Positions 61,351-64,000 of a DNA stretch of 64,000 nucleotides are shown in pieces (positions within the stretch are counted from its first letter, which is position 1; the number at the start of each line of letters is the position of its first letter). The notes beneath the pieces were generated by a model, which saw nothing but the letters and a program-made list of their open reading frames with translations, did not search any database and was not told the origin of the DNA. Origin of the DNA: Folioceros fuciformis (taxonomy: Eukaryota); NCBI GenBank assembly GCA_049999805.1, contig JBNGIO010006246.1, forward strand, positions 275,587 to 339,586, in the 5' to 3' direction. Made by a program: the position numbers and the translations under genes.

Positions 61351-64000
61351 TCATACATAATGGTACGAAAACTTCTTCTTCCCAAACAAACTCTTCTTCC
61401 AAGGGGTGGATGCCGATGGTTTGATGATATCTCCAAGGATACACAGTACCTGCATTTGCGTGAGCACGGACACGACATCAGAAGCTGAGCGTGCACTAGC
61501 TGATCACTGATGTGCTGTGCTGTCCGCTCTGATCTGATGGGAGAGAAACCAGAAAAAGATAAAAAAACAAACCTCACTAAATTCAGGTCTCTGTTTCGGG
61601 TCATGATGCCAGCACCGTTCAGCAAGTGCAGTCAGCTTTTCAGGCACAACGGAAGGCATCACGGGCCTTAACTGCCTGGCAGGTGGAATTCGCAAAGTCA
61701 CACATGTGGATAAAACAACAAAGGCCCGAGACATCAGGACCAGAACACCTCGCATCAAATTTTGCAGCAAATGAGTCGGACAATAGGGTACATGTACAAA
61801 CCTTTGTACAACGCCGATTGCAGCCTGCAGAGGCGTCAGGCCCGAGTAAGGTATTTCTCCAGTGACAACCTCCCTGGTGCAAGGGCAAAACAAAACATTA
61901 TGTATGTTGCAAGGGAAAAGCACAGCAATAAATCGCGAGGCGAAAGGAGACTACACCTCACCAGATCATTATCCCGTAAGAGTACACATCAGCCTTGTGG
62001 TCATACGGCTTGTGCTCTAAGACCTGGTATCCAAAGCGTTAAGCCGAATCAGGAACCCTGACAAAATTTGATTGAAAGTGATGAACCAAACCACTTCACA
62101 TGCAGAATAAATACCTCAGGAGACATCCATCTATACGTCCCCGTTTCAGCAGTCATTTCCACAGGCCAATGCCCTGATCCAGAGCTTCCCACAGTCGATG
62201 GCTTCAAGCGAGCTACACCGAAATCACACACCTTTACCACCTGGAGAAAAAGCACATCCTAGGAAGTTAGGAAGCCCATGGCACCGTAAAATTAACCACA
62301 TTGGAGGCAAATGTCCGGCTGTTGACGACAAACATTACGAACTGAGAACATTTCTCACATCATGCTCATCAATCAAAAGGTTTGCAGCCTTCAAGTCTCG
62401 ATGCACAATCCCTCTCCTGAAAAAAGCAATAAGTTCTGTCATTGTGGAGAAGAAAGAGATCAGGCGCCGTGCCAGTTTCCAAGCAGCCCTCTTCTAGCAG
62501 TATCCATCAATGGCGTTTACTACCTGTGGAGGAAATCCATTCCCCGTGCAGCATCTCTCAAAACCTTTACAGCTGAAGAAACATCCAAGCCACTCCCTCG
62601 AGCTTGCATCATATCTCTGACACTGGAATGGATACAATACCACAAACAGATTGAACAACTCGTTCCGATGGTAAACTGGCACCTGGGAGAGCTAAAACAG
62701 AGCACCTTCTACAGGATTGCATTCAGGGACAGCAGAATAAAATAATTACCTTCCACCAGACATAAGCTCGGTCACTATACAAAGCCTGGGCCAGCAAGAA
62801 CATGCTCCAATAAATTGTACTAGGTTCTTGTGGCGGACCAGTCTGCAAAAGCAAACAACAGAGACCACAGGTCAACAGCACTCTTCTAGATTGCTGTCTA
62901 AGTTAAAATGAAGCACGAAAAAGAGGATCACCACCTCATGATTGAAACTTCCTGCTTGAACATCTGCAAAAGCTCGGCAGCTGGGGCAGCTCGCAAGATG
63001 CCAGAATCCACATCGACATCTCCATCCAGCAACATGATCTTAATGGCAACATCCTGGCTGAGATATGTGCCTCGATAGAGGCGGCCTGAGGAGCCACCAC
63101 CCAACCTTTCGCCAATCACGAGCTGCACACATTTGGAAAGGAAACAGATAAATAAAAACTTACTCTGCACACACGGTGGAGTAAAAAGAGGAAAGTACAT
63201 CAGTTTTACAGCCTTTGAGGAATCCAATTGTATCATAAAAACGATTGCACGAGAAGGGGGAAGGTAATACATTGCTATAATCAACTGCCCAATCCTCATA
63301 CGCTATTGCTTCGGCAGCAGTCCGCAACTGAGCTTCAGTGGAGAGTTTTGAGCGCAAAGGAGGTGCCAAACTAAGCTCAGAACTCAAAGTTCTTACAAAT
63401 GCTTGCCTCAGTTCCTCGGGCTGTAAGGAAGTCAAGGAGAACATAAGCTCATGGGAGTGCATAATCACTGAATCTTGATTCACTTGCACATAAAGAAGGA
63501 TAAATTGGGCACTGACCTCGTCTCCCGTCCAGCCCTCAACAACAAATACCTCCAAGGCCATGCCGTCTACGGTGCTAAAAGCATGGGCTTCCTGCACATT
63601 CGTTACACCAAGTGAGGGCACGCGCAGTATGGGAGATTTTACCGTTGCAAGCCTCCGATCCAACACCAAAATCGCCAAGACAAAGGAAGATGGAGATGGC
63701 TATCACCTTTATGTTCAGTTGAAGGGAAATGCTGTTCAAAGCTGACGTGAAAAGCTTCAGAATGCCAGGCCGGTCAGAGGCAGCAAGAGTTATCTCATAG
63801 CCGTAAGAGGGACTTGAATCTTCATGTCCACTGGAATAGCCTTCATCATCAATCTCTAGCGGATTCGTGAAGGACCCGAAAGTGGGCCTAGAGAACGGAG
63901 ATGCTGATCCAGGAGGTGTGTTCCTAGAAGCAGGACCACGAGATCCGGGAGATGCTCGGGATCTTGCCTGCACCCCAGCTGGATGAACCTTGGACTGACT
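61351..64000 (-). CDS. ACT-domain Raf-like Ser/Thr/Tyr kinase (STY8/17/46-like), 5' part outside the window
   Basis: ACT motifs [11 protein letters not shown] and [10 protein letters not shown]; kinase motifs [39 protein letters not shown] and [11 protein letters not shown]. Confidence 0.93.

Overview
This is gene-dense, short-intron nuclear DNA from a seedless land plant, most likely a hornwort (inferred from a PLS-PPR with the variant HAEKLA/KP-type DYW domain, the compact gene spacing and the roughly 50% GC genes). In order, the window holds: a disrupted GDSL lipase with a Pro/Ala-rich tail; a 1.37-kb palindrome and a LINE-like remnant; pectin methylesterase; beta-carbonic anhydrase; three LHT-type amino-acid transporters around a tRNA-Val(AAC); Lhcb5/CP26; a PXC3-like LRR-RLK; a MOT2 molybdate transporter; two PLS-PPR genes; an ABCG half-transporter; an orphan ORF; an ectodomain-less split kinase; AAE3 and oxalyl-CoA decarboxylase; an F-box relic; eIF2-gamma; and an ACT-domain STY kinase. 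Two apparent gene fusions stand out. (1) An ABCG11-like exporter runs in one stop-free exon into a complete PLP-dependent class V aminotransferase/cysteine desulfurase-like enzyme. (2) Oxalate-CoA ligase (AAE3) joins oxalyl-CoA decarboxylase through a phase-compatible GT-AG intron; these are consecutive steps of oxalate catabolism, and the decarboxylase has no start codon of its own. Five 100-N gaps interrupt some genes. Exon boundaries were read by eye and need RNA evidence.
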